From Eledone cirrhosa (Eukaryota), in the NCBI GenBank assembly GCA_964016885.1, contig OZ024741.1:104656001-104720000 (forward strand): a stretch of DNA of 64,000 nucleotides, given 5' to 3'. Made by a program: the position numbers and the translations under genes. The notes below the pieces were generated by a model. That model saw only the letters and a list, made by a program, of their open reading frames with translations, was not told where the DNA came from and did not search any database. Position 1 is the first letter of the stretch, and the number at the start of each line of letters is the position of its first letter. Below, piece by piece: positions 13,153 through 25,959 of the stretch.

Positions 13153-13222
13153 GTCTCTGTGGCCTAGCGGTAGGTACTAGAGACGGTGGAGATCCTGGCC
13201 CCGGGTTCAATCCTGGTCAAAA
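13153..13222 (+). other. tRNA-like Pol III head (SINE head or tRNA pseudogene)
   Basis: A-box TGGCCTAGCGG and B-box GGTTCAATCC, but no clean anticodon arm or acceptor stem. Confidence 0.55.
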
Positions 13223-13357
13223 CGTACATGTAACCGTTTTTATTTTACAACCAATAGTTGTAAAATTCGGTGTTGTTTTTCTCTCCAGGTCTGACCACAG
13301 CAGATTTAAGGATAGAGCAATTATTGGTTTAAAACAATATAACACTTTATTCTAAAA

Positions 13358-13541
13358 TAATTGTTTCTACTTTTGGCACAAGTCCAGCAATTATCCAGTA
13401 CATTACTGGTACTTTATTTTATCGACCCCGTAAGGATGAAAGGCAAAGTCAACCTCGGCGGGATTTGAACTCAGATCGTAAAGGGACGTAACTATGCTGG
13501 AAAGCATGGCGTCCGACCCCCCACCGATACTGCCAATCCAA
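13358..13541 (-). mobile_element. tRNA-derived SINE (family S1, Meta-domain-like core)
   Basis: Minus strand: TGGCAGTATCGG...GAGTTCAAATCCCGCCGAGGTTGACTTTGCCTTTCATCCTTACGGGGTCGATAAAATAAAGTACCAG. Confidence 0.88.
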
Positions 13542-14051
13542 TATAGACAACTAAGTAAACGGATATTTTATAACACAACGATAACGATGACGACGTCACA
13601 TTGTGTATATGAGTGTGTATGTGTATGAGAGTGTGTGTGTGTTTGCACGTTCGTTACGTACGTTACGCCTCAGTAAGTTACATACACACACATCTTCACG
13701 TAAATATTTAATCAGATACACAGACAATTAAACACACACACACATCTACACATGCATATACATATGTGTGTGAGTGTTTGTGTGAGTATATGTGTGTGTG
13801 AGTACACATACATTTCTGTAACGACTGACATAACGAAACGTTGGGGGTGAAACTCTATGTGTGTGTTTGTAGAATATATGTCTCTGTGTGTTTTTTTATA
13901 AGTGTATGTTTTTGTGAGTGTATGTGTGTACCGTTAAATTAGCAGTTAATACATTTACTTATATTTGATTAATTTGCTTATATGTGGTTAATTTACACTG
14001 CATACAAAAATAGAGATTAACATATATTTCTTTTTGGGTGTTGATATTTAG

Positions 14052-14518
14052 TTGTTTACAATATTGAAAAAAAATGTCTTTATTCTAAAAATTCCTCTCA
14101 TACTTACAGCTGTTCCATTTAGATTTAAGAGGCTTCAGTTTCCAGTCAAACTAAGTTTTGTTAGTTCAATTAACAACTCTCAGGGTCAATCCCTCAAGGT
14201 AGTTGGACTTGATCTATCTAGTGCATCTTTCTCCTACGGTCAACTCTATGTTAGTTACTCACGAGTTGGAAGTAACAATAATTTATTCATTTGGACACTA
14301 ACAAGAAATTACACAATGAATATTGTTTACCCTGGTATGCTTCAAAATTGACAGATTTTCATTTCTAAATTCTATTATCATTACAATTTTGATATTTTTT
14401 TTATTTATAAAATATAGATATTTTGAAATAATTATAAGAAAAAAAAATCTTCATATTTATTATTTACTACTCTGAATTAGAACAGCAGTAACCGGGCAAC
14501 GCCGCGTCATTCGGCTAG
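14052..14518 (+). mobile_element. Helitron 3' portion (PIF1 helicase C-terminal fragment + terminus)
   Basis: FKRLQFPVKLSF..SINNSQGQSL..VGLDL..FSYGQLYVSYSRV; GC-rich subterminal segment CCGGGCAACGCCGCG then CTAG at 14515-14518. Confidence 0.85.
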
Positions 14519-14744
14519 GATAATATTATATAATATAATTCCAAGAACAATATCAACATTGTTCAAAGATATTACAAATGTAAAAAAGCTAGTGAGATGC
14601 GGATATAATATTGTTGTTTTTCTTCTTGGTTGGGCATCGTGCAAGTTGTTATAAAGGCTGCCATCAAGACCACCTTAACAACATTATAGACTCACGGGTA
14701 AAGCAATTCACTAGGAACACCTCTATACACAAACACAGCATATA

Positions 14745-14945
14745 CGAGGGTTGGTTGAAAAGTTCAGAGGCTGACGAAAATACACTCATGGAATGACCAA
14801 ATGAGGTTTATTTTTCAACATAGTCCCTCCTGGAAAGAAACAATGCAGTTATTAATAAGAAGAGTTGAAATTAATGCATGCAAGATTTCACAGCTCTAGC
14901 ATCACTCCTTCAAATTCAACCTATGAACTTTTCAGTCGACCCTCG
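14745..14945. mobile_element. Tc1/mariner-type MITE
   Basis: TIRs CGAGGGTTGGTTGAAAAGTTC / GAACTTTTCAGTCGACCCTCG; preceded by TA. Confidence 0.8.
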
Positions 14946-15359
14946 TTTAGCATTGAGTTCCTATATCTAGTGGAGCCCCAAGTCAAACTATCCAATGTAC
15001 CCATGCCATAAGGCGACCTCGGCTGCCATGTGAGAGCTGACAGCGATGTAGTTGTATATGTTAATTATAAGCATGCAAGAGGAATGTGTATTTAAAAGAG
15101 TAGGAGTGTTCTTGTAGTTTGAAGTTTGATTATGGTAGCATTTGTGGGACAAGGAAAATGATTAGAATAAAGTGGCCGTTAAATTAGTTGTGGTACTGTT
15201 AATTACAAAAACAGGCAAAGTGAGCAATTAAATTTAATTACTGCACCAGAGTTTCTAATAAACAGTTGATTTCTCTTGTTAATACATTAGTTGAAACTGC
15301 CTGATCCGTTCACATCCTTCACTCCATTTAAACGTCATTTTGATGTTCATTATATGTGA

Positions 15360-15731
15360 AGGGCGGTAGATTGGCAGTATTGGTAGAGGGTCGGACGCCA
15401 TGCTTTGCCATTCTGAGTTCAAATCCCGCTCAGGTTAACTTTGCCTTTCATCCTTACGGGGTCGATAAAATAAAGTACCAGTAATACACTGCGATAATTG
15501 CTGGCCTTGTGCAAAAAGTAGAAACAATTATATATGGTGGATTGGCAGTATCGGTAGAGGGTAGAGGGTCGGACGCCATGCTTTGCAGCAAAGAGTTACG
15601 GCCCTTTATGGTCTGAGTTCAAATCCCGCCGAGGTTAACTTTGCCTTTCATCCTTACTGGGTCGATAAAATAAAGTACCAGTAATACACTGCGATAATTG
15701 CTGGCTTTGTGCCAAAAGTAGAAACAATTAT
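15360..15731 (+). mobile_element. Two tandem S1 SINE copies (15360-15531, 15536-15731)
   Basis: Both carry GAGTTCAAATCCCGC...GCCTTTCATCCTTAC.GGGTCGATAAAATAAAGTACCAG...AAAAGTAGAAACAATTA. Confidence 0.88.
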
Positions 15732-15901
15732 ATATATATTGTTATACTTTGGGAGGGTCATGTTGCCAATAAGAAACACACGCACCAGTTGCTTTCACTT
15801 CAATTTATTATATATTTATAAATTTATAAATTTACAAATTTACAAACTTATAAATTTATGGTTGGTTGGTTGGTTCCACAACCAGATAGTTGTTTATATA
15901 T

Positions 15902-15946
15902 AGTCATAGTCCTTTCGTCACACACTCTGTAACCTCTTCAGTGACT
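15902..15946 (-). ncRNA. Type-I hammerhead (inverted pLTR copy)
   Basis: Reverse complement: AGTCA-CTGAAGA-G-GTTACA-GAGTG-TGTGAC-GAAA-GGAC-TA-TGACT. Confidence 0.8.
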
Positions 15947-17237
15947 GGGGATTCCTTTCTTCGTTTCTGTGCCTTTCCTTTCTTCTATCCTACGCCATTT
16001 TGTTTCTGTGTGTGTGTTGTGTGCTCAGTTTGCGCATGCGCCACATCCGGGTGTCTGTGTGTGTTTGTGTTCATTTATCTATTTGTTTATTTATTTATTT
16101 ATTTATTGTTGGTTGGTTGTTTGTTCTATGTGTGTGTGTGTTTTCATTTTGTCCTGTGTGTGTTTTCATTTTGTCCTTAATTGTAAGTTGTTTGTTCTAT
16201 GTGTGTGTGTGTTTTCATTTTGTATGCAGTTCTCTGGCTACAATCAGAGAGATAGAATCAGAGTGTATAAAGGAGCCAGAACCAAATGGGAAAAAATGGT
16301 AAATAATGAAATAAATGGGACCTGCCCCTTGTATAGGAGCAAATTTTGGAATAGAATAGAAAGAACTAGGAACAAGGCCAATAGAATAAACTCATGGTAT
16401 GATAGCAATAAATACCAGAGTGTAATGTTCATCAATACAACCCTTAGAGGCGAACTAGCCTACAAATTTAGAAGGGCCCTAAATAAACATAATCTCAATA
16501 TTAAGATAGTAGAAAGACCTGGTACCTCCGTAAAAACACTTATTAGCAAGACATACCCGTTCCAAAGACCCTCATGTGTAGATAAGAAATGTATAACCTG
16601 TAAAATAAGCCCCCATATTAACTGTAAAACTAGAAATGTAGTGTATAGCATAAGATGTACTGAAGGACAATGTAGAAACAAAAATATAGTGTACATAGGT
16701 GAGACAGCTCGTAGTATAGGGGAACGAATAAATGAACACTGGCGAGACCTCCAAGATAATAAAGAATCATCTGTGTTCTACCAACATGCTAAGATAGAAC
16801 ACAGGGGTAGATTAGAGAGCATATAAATAAAAATAGAATCCACACACAGAAAAGACGCAATGTTTAGGCAAATTACAGAGGCAGTAAGCATAAAAGAATT
16901 AAAACCAAAATTAAATAGAAAATATGAGTGGAACAGCAACATCACAACTTACAATTAAGGACAAAATGAAAACACACACACACATAGAACAAACAACTTA
17001 CAATTAAGGACAAAATGAAAACACACACAGGACAAAATGAAAACACACACACACATAGAACAAACAACCAACCAACAATAAATAAATAAATAAATAAACA
17101 AATAGATAAATGAACACAAACACACACAGACACCCGGATGTGGCGCATGCGCAAACTGAGCACACAATACACACACAGAAACAAAATGGCGTAGGATAGA
17201 AGAAAGGAAAGGCACAGAAACGAAGAAAGGAATCCCC

Positions 17238-17282
17238 AGTCACTGAAGAGGTCACAGAGTATGTGACGAAAGGACTATGACT
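17238..17282 (+). ncRNA. Type-I hammerhead in PLE pLTR
   Basis: AGTCA-CTGAAGA(17243)-G-GTCACA-GAGTA-TGTGAC-GAAA-GGAC-TA-TGACT; stems I and II perfect, minimal stem III. Confidence 0.85.
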
Positions 17283-17542
17283 ATATATAAACAACTATCT
17301 GGTTGTGGAACCAACCAACCAACCATAAATTTATAAGTTTGTAAATTTGTAAATTTATAAATTTATAAATATATAATAAATTGAAGTGAAAGCAACTGGT
17401 GCGTGTGTTTCTTATTAGCAACATGACCCTCCCAAAGTATAACAATATCGGTTTCAACACACGATTACAGATAAAGAATCTTGCTAAACAAATTCAGAAA
17501 CGAAATATATATATATTATTTTATGTGTATGTCTATCTATCT

Positions 17543-17650
<108 letters not shown>

Positions 17651-18174
17651 ATGCGATACTGACGGGCATGAGAAAAAGTATTCAATACCGAAGTAGAGTT
17701 TAAATATTCTTTATTATTGTGCTAAGTGGTGGTTGGAATGGTGGTGGTGGTGGTGGGGGGTACCCTAGAGTAAAGGTTCTCAACGGGGGGGGGGGGGGGC
17801 ATATGCACCCCGGGGGACGTTTCGGAACTCCAGGGGGACGTTTGGGAATTTGTATGTCTTTGAGACAGCCAGTGTGAATGCATTTGAATGAGCATGCACA
17901 CAGCATAACTATGATCTGATCGCAGCTGTGAGCAGGTGTGTAGGCGTGTTTAGACATTAACCGGCAATTGAGATCCTAACAATGGAAAAATCCACAGTCA
18001 ACTGGGTCAAGGACATTTTGAGCGCAGCCAGTTAGAATCTTGTCTTTCCTTCACCGATAACAATGTATTTCATGTCTGAAATTATTGACTCAACCGTAAC
18101 GAGTTAACACTATGTAGATCTATTTTATTCCCTATTGTATAAATAATATTACAAATAAAAAAAGAAAAAAAACA

Positions 18175-18590
18175 CAGAAGCGAGTAGCACACACATCTAG
18201 GACCACATACAACACATAAGCAGGTAATACACGCATCTAGGACCACATACAACACATAAGCAGGTAATACACACATCTAGGACCACATGCAACACATAAG
18301 GAGGTAGCACACACATCTAGGATCACATACAACACACAGGCAGGTAATACATACATTTAGGACCACATAAAACACATAAGCGGCTAATACAAACATCTAG
18401 GAGCACATACAACACATAATCAGGTAATACAAACATCTAGGACCACATACAACACATAAGGAGGTAATACAAGCAGGTAATACATACAGCTGGGACCACA
18501 TGCAATACATAAGCAGGTAATACATACATCTAGGACTACCTACAACACACAGGCAGGTAATAAATACATCTAGGACCAAATACAACATAC
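18175..18590. repeat. 39-bp minisatellite, about 10 copies
   Basis: Unit ACACATCTAGGACCACATACAACACATAAGCAGGTAATA. Confidence 0.92.
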
Positions 18591-18594
18591 ATTG

Positions 18595-19653
18595 TATCAT
18601 GTGCTACGGACGACGCAAGAACAATGGTCGGTCAACATAAGGGTTTCGTCACTCTTCTGAAGAGAGAAAATCTATCTGTATTTGTTGTTCATTGTGTCAT
18701 TCATCGACAACACTTGGCTGCGAAGAAACTCAGCAAGCCACTGAGCAAGTCCTTGCAGGTGGCCCTTGATGTCATCAATTTTATCAAATGGCATTCCCTC
18801 AATGAACGAATTTTCCGGCAACCGTGTCAAGATAATGACGAAGAATTCGTCAAGTTGCTCCTTCATAATGAAGTGAGGTGGCTTTCAAAGGGCAAGTGCC
18901 TTACTCACTTCTTTGAACTGTTCGACTCTATCATTGAGTTTCTGCGAGGACGCAACACAGAACTGTACAAGAAAACCCTCGATGTGAGGCAAGACTGCAC
19001 CTACCTCACCGACATCTTCGACAAATGCAATAGCGTCATTTTAGCTTTGCAAGGGAAGAAGATCACCTTGCTTAAAGCAAGGAATGCTGTGAAAACATTC
19101 CTGACCTAATTGAATGTCATCGAAAGGAATCTTTGTTGACGGGAATTCTATAATTTTCCTAGTGTCGCCAATGTTCAAAACATTGTAAGCGATGACCAAC
19201 TCCAAATTTATACCGCTCACCTCCGTGCGTTACAAGACAACATGAGAGAACGGTTTGTCGACCTTTTGCCGATGGACATCCCAATGTGGGTAGCAAATCC
19301 CTTCATAGCTAACTTCGATGATTTGGACGTTATATTTCAGGAAGAATTCATTGAACTTCAAGCAGATGACATGATCAAAATTAGATTTTCCAAAATAGGT
19401 GAACCCCCCTTTTGGATGCAAGAGCAAATTCAGCGTCGATTTCCACACCTACATGCAGAGGCTAAGATTTGCTCTGCTTTTTCCAATCTCATACTTAGTC
19501 AAGAGGAGGTTTGGTGCTGTTTCCAGACTGCACAGTAAGGCTCGCAACCGCTACAATGTAATTACACGTGGAGATCTTCGGCTACATCTTACGACAATCC
19601 AGCCTGACGTCAAAGAGTTAGCTAGACTCCATAAAGTTCAATGGTCCCATTGA
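18595..19653 (+). pseudogene. Buster-type hAT transposase (ZBED5/SCAND3-like), with stops and a frameshift
   Basis: CATDDA..MVG, HCVIHRQHLA, LLLHNEVRWLSKG, YLTDIF, FPISYLV..FGAV, RGDLRLHLT. Confidence 0.9.
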
Positions 19654-20449
19654 AATGAGGTTAAATTTAAAGTAAATTGATTTATCCGAAAACTTGGATA
19701 TGCTATTGTTACAAAGCAAACTAACATTTTTTTTTATTTGTAGTTGCAGTCTGACTGGACTGGAAACCATCTACTCCAATTCACTTACTCATTTGTTGTA
19801 TATATTTTACCATTTACTAATAAATATACCCTCTTACGTGGTCATGAAAACCCTCTTCCGTGGTCTCTAAGCTCACAAAGTGAAGGGGATATCAAGTTAG
19901 ATATCAATATTTATTATGTCCGTTTCATTAAAGGGAAAATTGGAAAGCTTTGAAATGATATAATTGCCACTTTCTTCCAGATAAGCGCACTCTTTGGATA
20001 GACAGAGTTGCTCTTGTATAAATGTTCAAAATAGCTGGTATCGCCTGTTGGGAATATAACAAATTCAACTGGTCCTTATTCATAAAAAAGAACAAACATT
20101 TATGTTCCTTTTTTTTTGAAATTTATATATTTCCTTTCAAGGAATGTATTTATACTCTTAGCTGCCTGCAATGGTATCTTTGGAACATTGTTAATCAATT
20201 TTTTTAGTAATCTACTGATATCAAAATCAGTAGTATATTGAAAAATGGAAAAGTAGGGTAGGGACCGTTTCGTGATTTCGAGGGACAAAAGGGGGCGTTT
20301 AGCCTAAATGGGTTGAGAACCTGTGCCCTAGAGTTTCACCTATCTACTCACAGGATCCATAGACGACTCTTGTCTGGTGATCTTGTGAGTACACAGGTAA
20401 AAGAAACTCCAGAGTAACAAGACTCATCACTTAACCCCATAATAAATGA

Positions 20450-20534
<85 letters not shown>

Positions 20535-21352
20535 AATAAGTTGCTAGTACCGGTTACATCTCATCCTACTCAATAGGTAATGTTATGTAAAATCCCAGAC
20601 TATACACATAGTTATTCGCTTCAATACAACACACGTAAATGGGTACCTTCAAACTATACCCGTACTCGAGTTTCGACCACACTTAATGCAGCAATAGAGT
20701 ACACAGCATCCACTGTCTGAATTTCTTATGCAACAATGCACAATCGGGGCATGTGGCTTCATCAGCGGGTTTTGCCTAATCAATAACCAATCGATCGACA
20801 GAATTCGATTCGAGTCCGTGTCGGCTATGACAGTGAATGTGATGGTCAACACAGTAAAACATTAGCAACTGAAATCCCTACGCATCATCACAATGCCGTC
20901 AAGCGATTGGCTATTGGTTCAGAAATTTACATGACGGTAGGAGATGAAATTCAAATAATTCCGCTCCTGCCATAAGCACTCAGCCAACGTATCTCAAATA
21001 CAAATTAACAAGCGAGTGAAAATCAGTCTCCAATCGCTGTACAATAGAATGGTAGCATTCGGCTCCAGACTCCAAGTACTATGGCGAGAAATAGTGCGAC
21101 AGTAACAATGGTAGTGCCTAAAATCTTTCCGGACATTAAATGCTAACAGGCGATTAGACAGCGATATAGAGTTAGCGCATTGGTTAGAATTCGAAATCTA
21201 GATATTGCGACCAACCAACAAAGGCAAGTTATTTTAGATATTTCATTCATTGTTTTACGATCGTTTCGGAGGGTTGATCATATTGATATATTGACAGATC
21301 TATAGCAGTTAGAGAACTGTATACTGTCAGACATACTATATATGTATGTATA

Positions 21353-21560
21353 TTGGTTTCTGATCTAGGCACAAGACCAACAATTTTTAGGGAAGGGGAA
21401 AGTCGATTAAATTGACCCCAGTGTATTACTGGTGCTTTATTTTATCGACACCGTAAGGATGAAAGGCAAAGGTAACCTCCGCGGGAGTTGAACTCAGATT
21501 GTTAAGTGCCGTAACTCTATGCCGCAAAGCATGCTGTCTGACGCTCTATGGATACTGATA
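21353..21560 (-). mobile_element. S1-related SINE
   Basis: Contains TTTATTTTATCGACACCGTAAGGATGAAAGGCAAAG...GAACTCAGA, the reverse complement of the S1 core. Confidence 0.8.
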
Positions 21561-21874
21561 TATTACGGACTTGACAGGTTAGATTTAATTAACAGCAGCA
21601 CTAACGTAGCATGATACAGAATAGAGTTACAAACGCAATATATAATTTTCAAATCTCTTCAATGCACCATCCTTTATAATACGTAGAGAAATTCTTACCG
21701 TTGAACATGATTACAACATTCACACTGAGACTTGTATGTAACATTAGAGGCGGCTATTAAAGTCCCCGGGCTGGTAACTTTGAATACGCAGACGATAACG
21801 GCCTGTTGGAGAATGAATTTGAAAGCAGTCAAAAATAACTTGACACACAGGCCTAAAACAATCCGGTATGATGC

Positions 21875-22828
21875 CACACAACCTTGAATCAGCCAAGATT
21901 GTGCAATGGGATACGTATGGTTGTGACTGAACTACAGCTTCACATTATTGAAGCCAAAATCCTCAATAGATGTGGTAAGGGAGACATCGCATTTACACCT
22001 AGAATGCTGCTAATAGCAACAGATGTCCCCTTTCGTTTCAAATGATTGCAATTCCCAGTGAGAGTCGGTTACACAATGACCATTAACAAGTCCCAAGGTC
22101 AAACACTGCAAGTTGTCAGTCTCCATCTAGACGAAGGGTGTTTCTCACATGGTTAATTGTATGTAGGTTATTTCAGACAAGGAAGACCCCACAAACTCTT
22201 CATATATGCTCCAAAGAAAACAAGTTAAAAACATGGTATATACTGAAGTCCTGTAAATGTTTTTTTTTAATTTTCGTAGAATACATTTTTCTATTATTTT
22301 CTTTCTTTATTATATATCACCTTCTCTTCAGAAGATTGAATGTATGTGTGTGGAGGGGGGGGTCTCTTAAATTTCGTCTGTGCGAATAACAGAGGCAGGA
22401 AGGGAGAGGGATACTCGGAGTTACAGATAAACACCAAGCTTAATTAATTAATTGTGCCTCAGTTTACAAATCCACCATTCTAAAGAGGAGTGGCTGTATG
22501 AAAGAGCAGTCTTTGCCCCCCGAAACATCACAGTGAATGCCATAAACAAAATCTCTCACAAATGATCCCTGGAGGTAGCCACACCTATAAATCTATCGAG
22601 ATAAATTCATTGTATATACTGAAGTTTTATAATTTTTGTAGAACATATTCTCTTTTCTTTTCTTTATTACTTTCTGTAATTAAATATTCTAAATAAATTT
22701 TTAAAAGTATGTTATTCAAATACATTTTAACATCTTTTATTCTTAGGAAAATGGACATAACGACAAATGACAATAGGTGACTTATGAATAGACTTGAGCA
22801 GAGTACAAACCTGGGCGAAGGTCGCTAG
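21875..22828 (+). mobile_element. Helitron 3' portion (PIF1 helicase pseudogene fragments)
   Basis: [41 protein letters not shown]; ERAVFAPRN fragment at ~22500; CTAG|T at 22825-22829. Confidence 0.82.
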
Positions 22829-22904
22829 TATAACATCACCCAATGAGTACGCTGAGATGCAACCGGTACTAGCAGCAGTGAAACCTATGCTAGTTCCGTC
22901 AGCT

Positions 22905-23075
<171 letters not shown>

Positions 23076-24077
23076 TTAAAACAATGAAATAAAAATCAAG
23101 TCATTAGAGATATACTTCACTGCTTTACGATCGATTCTAGGTGATGATAATACATTGTAGCTATACTTCGTTATTGATCTATGTAAGGTTAATTACAAAA
23201 TATCAGATAAAGAGAATATTTACTTACATGCATATCACCAGCTGTTTTCAAAAGCAATAATAATTTTATTCAGAATTAGTAGTATGTTAGTATCTTGTCT
23301 TTATTTGGAGGTAATTGAAGAACTAACCAATCAAATTGTTTTTTTCATATGATGTTAAGATGAAATGTAATTCACTTTAGTTGAGGTCATGACCCTTAGA
23401 AAGGAATGGTTGAATGGTGTTAATAACAGAGTTGCCATAAAAAATCTATTAGGAGGAAAGAGATTGTCAAATTGATAGTTGAATGTATCTGGTATAGTGA
23501 AGTTTAAAAGGAATGTAAAAATAAAATGATTAGTGTTGTATGGAGTTTTTAGGTGAATATAAATTAAGGTCATGGCGAGGAAAGATAGTATATTAAAAGA
23601 TGAAAATTATAATAAGATAATGAAATACAGTAATGCAATAATATAATATAACTAACACAATATAGTACGGTATTGTAAATTGCACTTAGTATAATACAGC
23701 GTATGATACGCTCTAAAATACTATCAAGTATGTTTATGTATAAATAATCAAACTCAGATAAATACATGTTGACATAGTCAAAACGCACAAATTTCATAGA
23801 TCACAAAGTGCATATATCCACACTATATATAGCACTTAGTACAATACAGCGTATGATACGCACTTAGTACAATATATAAATTGCACTATATAAATTGTGC
23901 ATATCACAAAGTGCATATATCCACACTATATATAGAGAGGTATAGTTACATTGATACCCAACTAAAAATATACATACACATAAATAGATGCAAACATAAA
24001 TACACATTTACACATGTGCACATAATCATATACACATATATCTATACATATCTATATCTACACATACACACCTATAC

Positions 24078-24137
<60 letters not shown>

Positions 24138-24674
24138 CTGTGTATGCACACACTCATACATGTACACACACTCATATATAAACACTCATACACATATACT
24201 CACATATACACACACACAAACACACATATATATACACACATACACACACACACATAAGGTAAAAGATAAGCATGAATGCATATAATTAGGGGAAAGAGGT
24301 ACTAACATTTAAATACTATAAAGCTAATTAAATATTCTAAATAGCAACTCACTATAATTCTATATAGAGTAACATTTGTTAGTACCCCTTTCCCCTAATT
24401 ATATGCATTCATGCTTATCTTTTACCTTTTAATATTTTAGCTCCCTTAGGTTTATGCGTTAATGACATTCACCTATCAATTTGACAATCCCTTTCTTCCT
24501 AATAGATTTTTTATGGCAACTCTGTTATTAACACCATTCAACCATTCCTTTTAAAGGGTCATGACCTCAACTGTTTCGTTGGTTTTCGCTTCTGTATCTT
24601 ATATCTTATATCCTGTATCTTATATCCTGCATCTTATATCTTATATCCTGTATCTTATATCTTATATCTTATAT

Positions 24675-24729
<55 letters not shown>

Positions 24730-24735
<6 letters not shown>

Positions 24736-25672
24736 GTTAAAAATGTACATCCACATATGTATACTGAAATACTAGTATGCATATGAATACACACACGTGT
24801 ACATATGTAGATGTACCGAGTTTTTCACTGGACACTTTACTGTGAGTGTTCAGCTAGTCTGTATGTAAACACACAGACAAACCGGTTTTTAGAGTCATAC
24901 TGGTTTTCGAGGAAACACCTTTCCTCTATTCTCCAGAAAGCCAGACAGGAATATTGGACTAGTTTCGATGTTGTTACATCTCATCAGCAATATTTACCTA
25001 TCCTCCGGCCTTTCTAGAGAATCGTAAAAGCACATATCGTTATATGCTTTTTCTATGAAAATTAGTAGTGGGCAGACTAATTTGCATAGAGCGTGAGTAC
25101 GTACCGGTTCAGCGGAGACGATAAAAACTTAATTGTTTAAGCATCAGTCATACAAAAGTGAGTTACAAACGAAACGAAATTTAATTTCGTTTCGTTATTT
25201 GTTTTTATCGTCTCCGCTGAACCGGTACGTACTCACGCTCTATGCAAATTAGTCTGCCCACTACTAATTTTCATAGAAAAAGCATATAACGATATGTGCT
25301 TTTACGATTCTCTAGAAAGGCCGGAGGATAGGTAAATATTGCTGATGAGATGTAACAACATCGAAACTAGTCCAATATTCCTGTCTGGCTTTCTGGAGAA
25401 TAGAGGAAAGGTGTTTCCTCGAAAACCAGTATGACTCTAAAAACCGGTTTGTCTGTGTGTTTACATACAGACTAGCTGAACACTCACAGTAAAGTGTCCA
25501 GTGAAAAACTCGGTACATCTACATATGTACACGTGTGTGTATTCATATGCATACTAGTATTTCAGTATACATATGTGGATGTACATTTTTAACTTAATTG
25601 TTTAAGCATCAGTCATACAAAAGTGAGTTACAAACGAAACGAAATTTAATTTCGTTTCGTTATTTGTTTTTA
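24730..25672 (+). mobile_element. Retrozyme-like element (465-bp unit) with an inverted 5' copy
   Basis: 24730-25126 is the exact reverse complement of 25202-25599; 80-bp direct repeat at 25128 and 25593; one HHR per arm; flanked by (TA)n. Confidence 0.82.
25335..25379 (+). ncRNA. Canonical type-I hammerhead ribozyme (mirror copy at ~24950-24994, minus strand)
   Basis: AATATTG-CTGATGA-GATGT-AACA-ACATC-GAAA-CTAG-TC-CAATATT; predicted cleavage after GUC at 25372. Confidence 0.93.
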
Positions 25673-25846
25673 TATATATATATATATATAAGATATAAGA
25701 TATAATTTTAGTCCAGAATTAGCCGTCGAAACGGCTTGAGCTCAGCCGTCGGGGTCCTACTCGTTCCTATTACCCACTCTACTACCCTAAGTATTGAGTA
25801 CTTTGGTGCGTTATGGTCCACCTGGTTCCTTACCACAACTCCTTCG

Positions 25847-25922
<76 letters not shown>

Positions 25923-25959
25923 GAGAAAAATGGTGTGCTGCGCTGTTGCGGATGTGATA

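Larger units (their letters stand above)
15736..17506 (+). mobile_element. 5'-truncated PLE (family B, sister of A): inverted pLTR (15736-16222), thumb/GIY-YIG body (16223-16940), direct pLTR (16940-17506)
   Basis: The ~480-bp arms are reverse complements. Body MQFSGYNQRDR...CVDKKCITC...VVYSIRC...YIGETARSIGERINEH. The pLTR ends with the ORF start MTLPKYNNI. Confidence 0.93.
17771..20325 (+). mobile_element. hAT (Buster/Charlie) DNA transposon, defective
   Basis: 8-bp TSD CCCTAGAG at 17763-17770 and 20326-20333 (nnnTAnnn); TIRs (TAA)AGGTTCTCAAC / GTTGAGAACCT(GTG). Confidence 0.92.

Noticed and set aside
13153-13222. Functional tRNA gene
   Set aside because: A and B boxes are present but the cloverleaf does not close
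14052-14351. Host PIF1 helicase gene
   Set aside because: Degenerate motifs, fragmentary, and followed by a Helitron-type CTAG terminus
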